A stretch of DNA of 64,000 bases from Macrostomum lignano (Eukaryota), in contig NIVC01002447.1 of the NCBI GenBank assembly GCA_002269645.1, forward strand, positions 62,001 to 126,000. Direction: 5' to 3'. How positions within the stretch are numbered: position 1 is the first letter of the stretch; each line of letters opens with the position of its first letter. Below are positions 13,454-26,431 of this stretch, in pieces. A program made the position numbers and the translations under genes. The notes beneath the pieces were generated by a model. The model saw only the letters and a list, made by a program, of their open reading frames with translations, was not told where the DNA came from and ran no database searches.

Positions 13454-13987
13454 GGCGACGCCGCGGTCATCTCAACAGTTTTGAAGGCCGGCAGGGAGCC
13501 CCAAGCATGGGGGTTGGAGCGGCTCTCAGGTTGAGGAGGCCAAGCTGCCTGCCGGTACCCGAGCTCAAAGAGTTCCGTGAGCTCTCGGCTTACTCTCGGG
13601 GGTGGGGCTGGGTGGAAGGAAATCGAAAAGCTGTCGCAGTGTTTCCTACTGAGGGGGCAGCGCACCTCGGCTTGCTCACACTTTAATGCCCTGCCGCCGG
13701 GCTGGGGGGGGGAAGGAGAAGGCGAAGGGCGCTGAGGCGACAGCGCACTGAAGGCAGGAATTTCAGCCTCTCCTGCCTGCTGCCTCGGCCATTGGACGGC
13801 CGCTTGCCAATCAGGCAGGGCAGGGGGGGGGGGGCGCATGGCGCCGGAACCGGGCGGTGCAGCCTCAGCCTGCCCTGCCCGGCTGCGCACTGCAGCTCTG
13901 CCCCCCAGCCCGGGCAGTGAGGAATGTGCGGGGCTCACGGCTCTGCCACATCCGCGGCCTGCTCAAATTTCCTATGCCTGCCTAACT

Positions 13988-13998
13988 ATATCTATCTG

Positions 13999-14097
<99 letters not shown>

Positions 14098-14102
14098 GTC
14101 TA

Positions 14103-14170
<68 letters not shown>

Positions 14171-14207
14171 TCTGTCTGTCTGTCTGTCTATCTATCTGTC
14201 TATCTGT

Positions 14208-14253
<46 letters not shown>

Positions 14254-14278
14254 GTCTATCTATCTATCTATCTATCTG

Positions 14279-14361
<83 letters not shown>

Positions 14362-14378
14362 GTCTATCTGTCTATCTA

Positions 14379-14458
<80 letters not shown>

Positions 14459-14495
14459 TCTGTCTGTCTGTCTGTCTATCTATCTGTCTATCTGT

Positions 14496-14585
<90 letters not shown>

Positions 14586-14618
14586 GTCTGTCTCTTTGCC
14601 TGCCTGTCTGTCTGTCTT

Positions 14619-14708
<90 letters not shown>
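13988..14708. repeat. Compound (TATC)n/(TGTC)n microsatellite
   Basis: Direct reading. Confidence 0.97.
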
Positions 14709-14709
<1 letters not shown>

Positions 14710-15229
14710 CGTTTCACTCTGTCCTTTGCCAGTCGCCATTCATTCCGATCATGCAGCCCCTGGAAGCAGACAGTCGCAGGAAATGAAGTCTTGACAGTCA
14801 GTTTCAAAGAGATTTGGCTATCAGCCTGATTCACATGTTTTACCCAGCGGTCGCTGTCTTCACTGCAGCCTCTCCCGTGCTGTCTGAGTGGACTCTGCTC
14901 TCCTTATTCTCCTCTCCGCATCTCTCCCTCCCAGCACCCCCTCCGGCCTGCCAGTTCTTTCGTGATTTACCAGGAAATTTTCAGAGCAGATTTTCAGCGG
15001 GAAAAAATCATCCATCAAAAAATGAACGCTGCACTGGGACGTTGGCCCTGTTAACTCTCATGCTGCTCGAGGTTTTTGAGCTTGTGTGTTGTTCAATGCA
15101 TGCAATTTTAATTTGAAGACCACCTAACGCTAGATAAGCAGTTGGATCGGTTTTTGATGGACTGAGACCTAAATTAGCATTTGTGATGTTTCTGGTAGCG
15201 TGTTAATATTTATCAGTTTGACTTTTGGA

Positions 15230-16320
15230 ATATTCAGGATTCTCTAGCTTCTTAAGAGTTACTAAAACATTTGGGACCCTCTAGCTTCTGACCAAAACCT
15301 TCAGGATTCTCTAGCTTCTGATCAAAACCTTCAGGATTCTCTAGCTTCTGATCAAAACCTTCAGGATTCTCTAGCTTCTGACCAAAACCTTCAGGATTCT
15401 CTAGCTTCTTAAGAGCTACTAAAACATTTGGGACCCTCTAGCTTCTGACCAAAATCTTCAGGATTCTCTAGCTTCTTAACAGCTACTAAAACATTTGGGA
15501 CCCTCTAGCTTCTGACCAAAATCTTCAGGATTCTCTAGCTTCTTAAGAGCTACTAAAACATTTGGGACCCTCTAGCTTCTGATCAAAACCTTCAGGATTC
15601 TCTAGCTTCAGATAAAAACCTTCAGGATTCTCTAGCTCATGACCAAAGCCTTCAGCATCCTTTAGCTTCTTACCAAAGCCTTCAGCATCCTCTTGCTTCT
15701 TACCAAAGCCTTCAGCATCCTCTAGCTTCTTACCAAAGCCTTCAGGACCCTCTAGCTTCTTCTCAAAGCCTTCAGCATCCTTTAGCTTCTTCTCAAAGCC
15801 TTCAGCATCCTTTAGCTTCTTCTCAAAGCCTTCAGCATCCTTTAGCTTCTTCTCAAAGCCTTCAGCATCCTTTAGCTTCTTACCAAAGCCTTCAGCATCC
15901 TTTAGCTTCTTCTCAAAGCATTCAGCATCCTTTAACTTCTTACCAAAGCCTTCAGCATCCTCTAGCTTCTTACCAAAGCCTTCAGGACCCTCTAGCTTCT
16001 TACCAAAGCCTTCAGCATCCTTTAGCTTCTTACCAAAGCCTTCAGCATCCTTTAGCTTCTTCTCAAAGCCTTCAGCATCCTCTAGCTTCTTACCAAAGCC
16101 TTCAGCATCCTTTAGCTTCTTCTCAAAGCCTTCAGCATCCTTTAGCTTCTTACCAAAGCCTTCAGCATACTCTTGCTTCTTACCAAAGCCTTCAGCATCC
16201 TCTAGCTTCTTATCAAAATCCTCGGGACCCTCTAGCTTCTATCGAAATCTTCAGGACCCTCTAGCTTCTTACCAAGGCCTTCAGGACCCTCTAGCTTCTT
16301 ATCGAAACCTTCAGGATCCT
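15230..16320. repeat. ~30-bp minisatellite family (ttcaggattctctagcttctgaccaaaacc grading to ttcagcatcctttagcttcttaccaaagcc)
   Basis: Direct reading. Confidence 0.92.
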
Positions 16321-16979
16321 CTATCTTGTTCTTTCAACCTTCAAATTGTTCCAGGATCATCTGGTAAACCTGCTGAAAGCATCTACAATTCCTGATTTCA
16401 AGCTTTTCCGATTCAGAACGCCCCAAAAGCGCAGTGCAAAAACCAACGCCAAGTTGTGCACCCAGTCAACCACAATCTGATGAAGAGCAGGTGACGGCTT
16501 CTGCTTGAAGGGAAGCAGACTACAGCACATCCCCAATGCGTCAACAGTACCAGTGATTTGATGCAGATAAGTCTGAGCAAAACACTGTGCTGCTAATTTG
16601 AATTGGAGTCCATGTTTCTCATACATTGTTATTAATAATTTCCCACGGCATTGTTGCCATCAATCACACTGGCGGACGGATCAGTTCCAGGCGCTCTGCT
16701 TATGAAATGGCCTGCGCTGCAAACGATCTGTACTTGCATGTAGCGCTCGCCAGATTTGCTATACGAAATGTTTGCACAACCAGTGAACGCCTGTGATGAC
16801 TGCGCTGCATTGGGGTGGCTCTGTAAGCATTGATTGTTGACTTTATTTGGACACAGATTTCCGCTATAAATCTTTCCTTTATGGCGTTCCTTCACTCCGC
16901 TGGTTTAGACTTTAAAAGGCTTTGTCTTGTAGCCCTGCCTCTTGACTCCTGGTACCCGCGTTCCTCTACTCCGTTAATT

Positions 16980-17330
16980 TACCACCCCATCTCATTCCCC
17001 TTCTTTTTCCCCCCACTCAATCTATCTTTCACTCCCCTCTCACTCCCTTTCTCATTCCACGTCTCATTCTCCATCTCACTCCCCTTCCATTTCATTCTCA
17101 CTCTCCTTCTCACTCCCCTTCTCACTCCCCTTCCCACTCCACTTCTCATTCCCCTTCTCATTCCCCTTCTCACCCCCTTCTCACTCTCCTTCCCACTCCC
17201 CTTCTCATTCCACTTCTCACTCCCCTTCCCACTCCTTCTCCATTCCCCTTCTCACTCCCTTCTCACTCCCTTCTCATTTCTCTTCTCACCTCCTTCTCAC
17301 TCCCTTCTCATTTCTCTTCTCACCCCCCTA
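16980..17330. repeat. CT-rich degenerate repeat (ctcactccccttct)
   Basis: Direct reading. Confidence 0.85.
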
Positions 17331-17687
17331 AATGAGGGATAATGTCGCAGAACGCCAGCGTCAAAAGGAGCCAAATAAAGACAGGTGAAGAGGTGAAGAT
17401 CAGTGCAGGATGGCAGACACGGCCGTGTTGGAGTTATAAATAGGCCACCGATTCATTTATCGGATTCAATCTGAGCCCCGTCATGACTGAAATATATCAC
17501 TGATTGAAGCTGCAGAACCATTTTTGGAAATATACGAGCTACATCCGTGTATATTAGCATCCTATTTTCATGAACTTATCACACATTTTACAAGGTGAAA
17601 TATATATACGAGATGCTATAATTCACAGCTGCTATGATCAACAACCACAGTTTGACAGCCAAAATGCCTGAAGAAGTGCAGTGAGCA

Positions 17688-17886
17688 CTGGGGGCGCCAA
17701 CTGGTGAGCATCGGGGGCGCCAACTGGTGAGCATCGGGGGCGCCAACTGGTGAGCATCGGGGGTGCCAGCAACTGGTGAGCATCGGGGGCGCCAACTGGT
17801 GAGCATCGGGGGCGCCAACTGGTGAGCATCGGGGGCGCCAACTGGTGAGCATCGGGGGCGCCAACTGGTGAGCATCGGGGGCGCCA
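17688..17886. repeat. 23-bp minisatellite (ctggtgagcatcgggggcgccaa)
   Basis: Direct reading; the same peptide recurs in all three frames, as expected for a 23-bp period. Confidence 0.95.
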
Positions 17887-18469
17887 TGTTAACCGGGAAA
17901 AAACCAGAATATATACAAGTAGATCTCACACACAGACATTCAGAGCCGCTCCTGCCAGAAAAGTACAAAAGCCACGCCAAGGAATCGCAGCTAAGCAGCC
18001 AGCATTTACGCCCTGGGAATTCTTAGAAAAAGCTGGGGCGAGCTTTCAGATGCAGCTGCAGGCCTCCCTAAAATTATGAAAAGCCACACAGCCTCCCCCA
18101 GTTCATCATCAGAATTAAGCGATAAGAAATGTACTCGACGTTCTTCTTAACCGTCTCCCCTTCCTCGCCATTCAAGGCCACACAGGCAGTTAAGAGCTGC
18201 CCAGAATTTTGCTAATCGAGTTTTCTTGTGGGCCGCTCGCTGTCTCAGCAACCAACGGCCACGGCTATATGATGGCGGCGGTTAGCCGGTAGTTTGGGAG
18301 GAAAGGCAAAGGGGGTGAAGATCAAGATACTGCTGTTGCTGCCGGCTGCATGGCAGCTCCCCAGGAGGGTCTGCTGGGGAATAAATGCAAATTAGGGAAA
18401 AAACTGAGGTTGAGGTTGTCCTGTAGCTTGCAGCTGGGAGAAGCATCTTCGAGGGGAGGGGATTTTTGA

Positions 18470-18845
18470 ATGGTGAGATTAGAGATTTAGCAGAGGGTGA
18501 GACTAGAATAGATGAAGGGTGAGATTGAGTTAGACAAAGTGTGAGTCTGGAATAGCTTGAGAGCGAGATTGGGATAGATGGGAGATGAGAATGGGAAAGA
18601 TGAAGGGTGAGATTGGGATAGATGGGAGATGAGATTAGGAAAGATAAAGGGTGAGATTAGGAAAGATGAAGGGTGAGATTGGGTTAAAAGAGAGGTGAGA
18701 TAGGGTTTAGATGAAGGGTGAGATAGGGTTTAGATGAAGGGTGAGATAGTGTTTAGATGAACGGTGAGATAGGGTTTGGATGAAGGGTGAGATTGGGTTA
18801 GATGAAGAGTGAGATTGAGATAAATCAAGGGAGAGATTGGGATAT
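18470..18845. repeat. Degenerate ~20-bp purine-rich repeat (gatgaagggtgagattggg)
   Basis: Direct reading. Confidence 0.8.
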
Positions 18846-19324
18846 ATAAATGGGGTGACTGTGTCCTGATTGGAAATCTGCAAAATTTTTTTTTTAAACT
18901 TCACCATTGAACGCAGGTTCCACCCAGTACGCCGTCAACAGAAAACCAATGGTTGTTGGGCAGATAGCTAGTCAGATAAGATGTGAAGCCAGGCCCAGCC
19001 TCCTCTCATCCCCAGACAGTCCGCCTGTCCCTTAGCTAGCTATCAAGTTTCACCTCCTCTTGACAGCTCGGCTTGGTTGCCAAGTGCACTGGTAATAGCA
19101 GTTGGACATGGAGTGCCAGTTTAGTCTGGGCCAAGTGGGCCGGCCATCAGTGTTGCCAGGAGTGCAGAGGCGCTGATTGCAGCCAATAATGTTCTGGCAT
19201 GCAGTTATCGGCGCTCAATTGGAGTAGCAGCTGCACTGCTTCAGTCCTCGTAGCTTTCTTAGTCTGTCCGCTTGTATCTTGTCTGAGTTGTAGAAGACGG
19301 GGATGGTTGGACGAGGAGAGGAGA

Positions 19325-19905
19325 GGACAGGATATGACAGGACAGGACAGGACAGGACAGGACAGGACAGGACAGGACAGGACAGGACAGGACAGGACAG
19401 GATATGACAGGACAGGACAGGACAGGACAGGACAGGACAGGACAGGATATGACAGGACAGGACAGGACAGGACAGGACAGGACAGGACAGGACAGGACAG
19501 GATATGACAGGACAGGACAGGACAGGACAGGATATGACAGGACAGGACAGGACAGGACAGGACAGGACAGGACAGGACAGAGAGAAATACAAGACAGGAC
19601 AGGACAGGACAGGACAGGACAGGACAGGACAGAGAGAAATACAAGACAGGACAGGACAGGACAGGACAGAGAGAAATACAAGACAGGACAGGACAGGACA
19701 GGACAGGACAGGACAGGACAGAGAGAAATACAAGACAGGAAAGGACAGGACAGGACAGAGAGAAATACAAGACAGGAAAGGACAGGACAGGACAGGACAG
19801 GACAGGACAGGACATGACAAAGAGAAATATAGAACAGGACAGGATATGACAGGACAGGACATGACAAAGAGAAATATAGGACAGGACAGGACAGGACAGG
19901 ACACG
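19325..19905. repeat. (GACAG)n pentanucleotide repeat with interspersed agagaaatacaa and ggatat variants
   Basis: Direct reading. Confidence 0.95.
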
Positions 19906-20544
19906 ACACAGAGAAGAGTGAACGGAAAGACAGAAGGGAAGTCAAGAATAAGTCACGGAGGGCGCACAGGCCAGATGAGCCCTGCAGTTCCTCAAAAAAT
20001 GAAATGCCAGCAGAGGCTGCAGAGCTCCACACATCGTCAATCGGATTATTTGTTGGATTTTTTAAATTTGAAATTTTCAAAGCCCACGAGACTCTCTGGG
20101 GTTGAGCAGAGCTCAGGCCAATACCCTTTAATAATGTGAAAGTGTCATTCAGTCAATTTAATGAGGAAATGGCAGCACAGTTTATTGAAATTTTAATGCC
20201 AACCAGAAGCACAAGGCTGGATGAATATGCAGCTGGTTTGAGTCATGCAGGATGAGCTGCTGCACTCATCCACATGCGGGCTTCTGAGGTCAGGGCGATA
20301 AATATTTTATGGCTGTGAGCCGGGCAAGCGCTAGGAGCCACTTCAGTCTGATGGAGGATGCTGCAGCAGAGATAAACTGCTGGCACTCGCTGTAGACCCG
20401 ATTGCTCTAGTAGATTGCTAGATTGAAATTTTTGAGGACCCAGGGGTGGCGGTGTCCCTCTGTGTTTCGTTGCGGGCCTGTCTGGGTCTGCAATGCCGAT
20501 AGAGAGATGGGGGAAAGGAGCCGGCTATATGGGAATGAAAGGTA

Positions 20545-20745
20545 GAGGAGGGAAATAGGGAGAAGAAAGGGAGAAGAGAGCGAGAGGGAGAAGAGAGCGA
20601 GAGGGAGAAGAGAGCGAGAGAGAAGAGAGAGAAGAGAGAGAGAGAGAAGAGATGGAGGGAGAAGAGAGAGAGGGAGAAGAGAGCGAGAGGGAGAAGAGAG
20701 CGAGAGAGAAGAGAGCGAGAGCGAGAGAGAGGGAGAAGAGAGATG
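20545..20745. repeat. GA-rich repeat
   Basis: Direct reading. Confidence 0.85.
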
Positions 20746-21614
20746 ACTGACTGTCAGTGCTACAGCTTGTTAGCACATTGGGTTTGACCTTGGTCTGGCG
20801 AGAAGCAGACCTGCAAGTACTAGCATATACGAGAGTGTTTGAAATCTAGGTAGAACTAATCGAAAAAGCGGTTCGTGCAGATATGCGCGCATAAATTAAC
20901 GTTCAGCATGGCAGGTGGTGCTCTCATATGCGCCAACATGAACGCGCACTAGTGCTTAGCAGTGCTGACTTCACGCCTTTAGCAGCAGCTATTCGTGTCT
21001 CAGGGGAAGCTACCTACCCAAAAAAAAGTTAGTCAGTCCATTGCGCAGGCCAGTTCCAGCCCTAACTCGTATAGAGGTCACAAAAACACACTCAGCTGGT
21101 TCGCATGCAAGCTTTCAATTACCCTTTACATTTTGCTGCTGAGATGAAGGTAGATGGACGGCACCCGAAGTACGCATAGCAAAAAGCGTAACTGCAGCGA
21201 CAGCGCGCAATTAAGCCTGAAAATTGCAGGGTTTGGTTGCGTCACGCCGGGTTACAAACTGAACACAGACAACGGCAACAGCAGCAAAAAAGCAAGCAAC
21301 GTCGGCTGAGGGCTGAATTGCTTTCTTTAGTATTCTGGCTGGCTGGGCCAGGCTGGCTGTAGAGTGATGGAAACTCGATTTGCAGTAGCGAGTATGATAG
21401 ACTGCCGGCCTGTGGGGACAAGGCCAGAAAGAGAGGAGCCGAGTGCTGAGAGGTCATTTGGTGAAAAGGAAATTGGTTCGATAATTGTCAAAAGGGTTTT
21501 GAATAGATGTTGAACAGCCCGTGCTGATGTAACATCAGTGTGTTTTGGGTTGCGCCTTGGAATACTAGAAGTGAATCGATCAAAGGCTAGAATTCTAGCA
21601 GATCTGGGATAAGA

Positions 21615-21663
21615 AGAAGACAGACAGACATGGACAGAGAGACACTAAGATAGACACAGACAC

Positions 21664-21696
<33 letters not shown>

Positions 21697-21699
21697 CAC

Positions 21700-21748
<49 letters not shown>

Positions 21749-21749
21749 C

Positions 21750-21788
<39 letters not shown>

Positions 21789-21789
21789 C

Positions 21790-21860
<71 letters not shown>

Positions 21861-21869
21861 CACAGACAG

Positions 21870-21900
<31 letters not shown>

Positions 21901-21938
21901 CTCTGACAAACAGACAGACACTACAGACAGACAGACAG
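21615..21938. repeat. (GACA)n microsatellite
   Basis: Direct reading. Confidence 0.95.
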
Positions 21939-24074
21939 CAAAGCACTGGTATCGACAGAGACTGATGAAGATGGCAGAGTAGCCGGAAGCGCTGCTGAAT
22001 ACACTAAAAATAAAACACTAGAAAATGGAGGGCGCAAATGACCTACGACCGAAGCCCTGAGAGGCGAGGCGATGCAGCCGAACCGAGCCGGTCAGAATCT
22101 AATAAAAGCGGACCGGAGACGAAATTTAATTTTCTTCCCGGGGCTCCAAACAGCGTCTTCAGCCTCCCCCTTTCCATTTCCATCTCTACTCCCTCACACG
22201 AATTTTCTCTCCTAAAGGCTGTTGCGCCGCTCCCTCCTTGAATTCCGCGTTGTCAAGACTTTCACTCACTCACTCACTCGAAAGCTCGAAAGCAAAGTGT
22301 TAAGTCACGACAGGCGATGCCGATGCAGAGGGCCGATCTGCATGAATTCAAGCACTCTGCTCTTTCTCTGCTGGCTCTCTAGTGCTAATTCGCGCGACCC
22401 TTTCAACTTATCTTCCTTTTTGTTAGGTCTTTAGCTAGTCCTACATGTCAACTGCGAAGCAAATAGTTGTTTTTCTGTAAGATGTCGCGGGTCAGTTGAC
22501 AGGCAGAGAAAACTTGTAGTTACAGCATCTACATACCGGCAGCTTCTGGTTGACTAGCCATGTTTGTGTGTAACAGCTATCCATGGACAACTGTTGCGCT
22601 GTCGGCGACTCCAGCTGGAGACCAGTCGTACTGCCGCTGACACTGCAGGCACCCTACTGACGGGGACAGGAGTGTACTCGGCGTTTTGTCGATTGCCAGC
22701 ATGCTGACGCCGGCGCTGCGGAATGGGTCGCGGAGTTCTTGATGGAGTACGAGTAGTAGGACGCTACATTCGATTTTCTTATAAATCGAGCTGGAGGTTA
22801 AAGAACATATAATTGTCTTATCGATAGTGCATTTACTATGGTAATTGGGACCTCTGTGATTCATTATTATCCAGTATCCATAGAGATTGAATGGTAATAT
22901 ATCACAGGACTGTGCTGTAGGTATGCTCTGCAGTTATGCAGCGGGTGTGACCGAGTGGCATGCAAGTGCAATCGCGATATACATGTAATGCAGTTATCCA
23001 CATCACATCTAGTCTAAAAATCATGATCCCGATAACGAAATAAAGCTACATCGATCACCCGTAAGCTTGTAAGTTACTTTGCAGACGAATTGATTGATCG
23101 ATTTAAGCCGCTAGGCCTGCGTAAACTGAAGTTTTTAATAAACTCTAAAAATTAAGCAATGCATCATTTCTTGCAGGGCAAAATAAACTGCATATAAATA
23201 CACATGAATTTGGTAACTATCGTTCACCCGACTGTCGTGCTTTGCTTTCTCTGCTGCCCACCCATCTGAAATTGAAAAGAAAACTAGGGGCCTAGTTCTA
23301 AGTGTGGTAAGGCTCCTAGAATTCATCGTTTATATTACGCTAATTATTATTAATTACTAATGACTTCTGAGATCATACTAACGTGCGAAATTAATTCACT
23401 GGAAACTCATGCTTCACTGGTTACCGTATATGTGTGACAAGAGGTCTACCAGTTGTTTTACTGCACTGATTCTGCGGGTATATAAATATACGGTATATAC
23501 GGTACGGGTACGGGTACGGGTATATACGGTATATAAATATACCGCGCGACTACGTAATGCGCAGAAACTGCTGGGTTTTCAGATGTTTTGACGTAAAAAC
23601 GCAAATTATACTACAATACTATCTCAAAATGAAGTAAGTAGTATTTGAAAACGCTATCCTAAGCGTGATTTACATATACATAGCATATTTCTATATGTAC
23701 TAGCATATGTACATTAATCCCATGTACTTGCACTAATCCATATCTATCTCAAATTGTATATGTACATTCCCAGTGGGAAAAAAACTGGGGGCGACTGCGG
23801 GCGGCGCCGCCCAAACGGTCGCCCAAATATTTTTGGAGTTTGTTCTTAGAGTACTTTAATTGCAATCTAGAGAGCATTTTCAGCAAAAAATTGGTACTTT
23901 GGATGTTTTTCCTAAGCTCTTATGCACTTTCATTCGGTCGCCTCACGGTCGCCTTAAGGTCGCTCGGGGCGGCTGACTTGTCGTGATAAAAAATCGATTT
24001 CTTGTTTTGAAAGCTTTCGTCGACTACACGAAAAAACGCTTAAATATCCGGATTCTAATTGCTTCTAATTCTAG

Positions 24075-25168
24075 CTTCTTGATTCTCTCTCCCTGAGTCT
24101 CTTTTCATGATTATTTTTCCCAGATTATCTCTTCTTGATTCTCTCTCCCTGAGTCTCTTTTCATGATTATTTTTCCCAGATTATCTCTTCTTGATTCTCT
24201 CTCCCTGAGTCTCTTTTCATGATTATTTTTCCCAGATTATCTCTTCTTGATTCTCTCTCCCTGAGTCTCTTTTCATGATTATTTTTCCCAGATTATCTCT
24301 TCTTGATTCTCTCTCCCTGAGTCTCTTTTCATGATTATTTTTCCCAGATTATCTCTTCTTGATTCTCTCTCCCTGAGTCTCTTTTCATGATTATTTTTCC
24401 CAGATTATCTCTTCTTGATTCTCTCTCCCTGAGTCTCTTTTCATGATTATTTTTCCCAGATTATCTCTTCTTGATTCTCTCTCCCTGAGTCTCTTTTCAT
24501 GATTATTTTTCCCAGATTATCTCTTCTTGATTCTCTCTCCCTGAGTCTCTTTTCATGATTATTTTTCCCAGATTATCTCTTCTTGATTCTCTCTCCCTGA
24601 GTCTCTTTTCATGATTATTTTTCCCAGATTATCTCTTCTTGATTCTCTCTCCCTGAGTCTCTTTTCATGATTATTTTTCCCAGATTATCTCTTCTTGATT
24701 CTCTCTCCCTGAGTCTCTTTTCATGATTATTTTTCCCAGATTATCTCTTCTTGATTCTCTCTCCCTGAGTCTCTTTTCATGATTATTTTTCCCAGATTAT
24801 CTCTTCTTGATTCTCTCTCCCTGAGTCTCTTTTCATGATTATTTTTCCCAGATTATCTCTTCTTGATTCTCTCTCCCTGAGTCTCTTTTCATGATTATTT
24901 TTCCCAGATTATCTCTTCTTGATTCTCTCTCCCTGAGTCTCTTTTCATGATTATTTTTCCCAGATTATCTCTTCTTGATTCTCTCTCCCTGAGTCTCTTT
25001 TCATGATTATTTTTCCCAGATTATCTCTTCTTGATTCTCTCTCCCTGAGTCTCTTTTCATGATTATTTTTCCCAGATTATCTCTTCTTGATTCTCTCTCC
25101 CTGAGTCTCTTTTCATGATTATTTTTCCCAGATTATCTCTTCTTGATTCTCTCTCCCTGAGTCTCTTG
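24075..25168. repeat. 56-bp satellite, ~19.5 apparently identical copies, inside the EnSpm left end
   Basis: cttcttgatt recurs at 24075, 24131, 24187 and onward. Confidence 0.97.
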
Positions 25169-25710
25169 CCGTTGAAAGAACCTATTTAATAATGACAATG
25201 CCTGACTCAAAAAAATTAGGGGCAGATGTACACACTTGTTGAGTTTGTGCCTGCCTGCCTGCGTACAAGCTACGTATCTGTGTGTGTTTGTGCACGAGTC
25301 CGTGGAATGGGCTGAATTACCTGTGACTAGCTGCGGAACCAAATGATATACTAGTACCGCAACAGCCCTTCTGCAAGCATCCATAGTGAGAAACTTAAGC
25401 AACTTAACATGGATAAAATTTAGCTAGCATATAATTTTCTTTTCTTTATTGTTTAGAGTTTAGATGCGTTCCCAATCCTGATCCTGACTTCCTGGGATAA
25501 ATTGTCGGGGTTCAGTTGGGTTCACGGAAAGACACGATTTTTCTATGGAATCGTTTTGTAGTTCTATAGAATTCTATAGAATATTTGTTCCCACTGGTTG
25601 AAAGGCGGCCAATTGAGAGAACACTGACAGCCTCCCCCCACCAAACCGCAACCGGGAGAGAATGACACGGTGACGTGACAGTTGACAGTCAAAAGGCTTG
25701 TATACATTTA

Positions 25711-26006
25711 CAAGCTGTATCAGTAGCCTCAGCTTTGGGATTTTACACATTATTAGAATGTGCGAGTCGGTATCACCCGCAGAAAGAATCGTGTCTCTAG
25801 ATTAATCCGCTTTCCAGATATTCGAAGGCGGCGATTCGGGAAAATTCTAATGCATTCAAATAGGCAAATCCGGGAAAATCAATCAGGAATTGCCAAGCTG
25901 TATCAGTAGCCTCACTTTTGGGACTCTACACATCATTAGAGTGTGCCAGTCGGTATCACCCGCAGAAAGAATCGTGTATCTAGATTAATCCGCTTTCCAG
26001 ATATTC
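25711..26006. repeat. Imperfect ~113-bp direct duplication (25711-25823 and 25894-26006)
   Basis: caagctgtatcagtagcctca...ttccagatattc occurs twice. Confidence 0.9.
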
Positions 26007-26431
26007 ACCTGAAACATGAATTTCAACACATTTTTAGATGGAGCTAGTGGGTGTCTTGTGCGGAAACTAGTTATGTTTTTACACGTTCGATTTTTCATTT
26101 TTGAAGCAGCTTGAAAAGAGAGAAATGATGATTGAATAGTTGACGCTCGGTCTTTTTCTGTTGCTTCTTTGTCCCGAGATACTCAATCAGTTTTCATACA
26201 GTCCGTGGTCTGACTGAATTTCCTGTCCCCTGCACACAAAACTAAATCACCCAATTCCCGCTGTACATGTACATGGCGCTTGGTATCAGTCTTCTATAGT
26301 TTTCATAGTGTTTCTATAACTTTTCATGATTGCTTGGTTGGGACTGGGGGCTGGCTGTATTTAATGACCATATAAAAATTCATATATGTTCTGTGTGTCC
26401 CAAGCATATACTGCAGTATTAGCCCTAGCAT

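Noticed and set aside
1285-21946. Many long ORFs with repetitive peptides (SDAMQSV, SKMSEWI, TLPTLF, YLSI, CPVLS and others)
   Set aside because: They are stop-free translations of tandem repeats, often open in several frames and on both strands.
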